From NCBI GenBank assembly GCA_965113315.1, contig OZ220370.1: a stretch of 64,000 bases of DNA; one strand, written 5' to 3'. The notes below the pieces were generated by a model, which was given only the letters and a program-made list of their open reading frames with translations, had not been told where the DNA came from and did not search any database. This document shows positions 63,265 through 64,000 of this stretch, in pieces. Origin of the DNA: Podarcis vaucheri. Taxonomy: Eukaryota. Position 1 is the stretch's first letter. Every line of letters starts with the position of its first letter. A program made the translations under genes and the position numbers.

Positions 63265-64000
63265 GTAAGATTTCCACTTTTATGAGATGCTTCCTCTCTT
63301 GGTTGACTTCCCCTTCCCCTGTTTTGTTTAATTCTGGGACCTTTGTATTTTCCACTCCTTAGTTTATTAGGATTGGTTTGGGCATCGCTCACATGCAGTG
63401 TTGTGGGTTTCCTGGAAAATGTGAATATTTCCCTATGCAAGTTATCACCATTTCCCTAACATTCTCAGTTTGCATCAGGATTTTTCCCAATGTCCTCAAA
63501 AGTGATCTAATATAGCACATTTATTTTACTTGTGTTCATTAAACAAATCTAAACACTTTGAAGACTGCCATGCTTACCTTTAATTTGCCATGGGCAGTCA
63601 TTCATTGTTACTAAGGAACATATGAAAAGGGGGAAATTTCTATAGAAAAATAAAGCACTGGGGGAAAGAAATTCTGCCCTACATCCTGCTGTCTCTGACA
63701 GAGTTAAGCCAAAAGTGCCACCACTTCTATTACCCAGAAGTGGGATGGCATTGTCATCAATTTCTAAGGAGGGGGAAATTGCATATTTTTCCCTGGGGCA
63801 TGGAGCTTGCAAGCAGCGTCATAGCTGTCTTTCTCCCATTACCCTTTCCTTTCCAAAAGTAATGAGAGCTACCACTATGTGGGCAAACTACAATTTTAAA
63901 AAGGAGAGTGGAGGTGGGGAAGATAAGATGCAGACATTCAGCTGTCACTTTTCTCCCGTAAATGCCCATCCCTGAAAATAGGAAGAATTTTATGCCTGGC

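Overview
Squamate reptile genomic DNA, probably a lacertid lizard judging by its Sauria/Squam SINE subfamilies. The window covers part of the desmosomal cadherin cluster, with two genes on the + strand. (1) A desmoglein-1-like gene: exons 2-16 reconstructed at 3451-25349, all GT-AG and in phase, 1259 codons in the window, with exon 1 upstream. (2) DSG2: CpG-island promoter and exons 1-14 at 37357-63264, with the last exon downstream. Introns and intergenic DNA carry Sauria and Squam3 SINEs, CR1/L2/L1 fragments, hAT and Tc1/mariner MITEs and a Penelope-type palindrome. Most notable: (a) a 152-aa, 63%-glycine insert between EC5 and the membrane of the DSG1-like protein; (b) coordinated loss of the EC4-EC5 calcium-binding motifs in DSG2; (c) a degenerate second copy of a desmoglein terminal-exon segment (52/66 nt) behind the DSG1-like gene, in the interval where mammals have DSG4 and DSG3; (d) three minimal hammerhead ribozyme motifs in a near-perfect 289-bp palindrome plus an adjacent copy; (e) an unidentified ~1.4-kb decayed coding element in intron 1. 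Comparisons to human or viral proteins are from memory, not from database searches.
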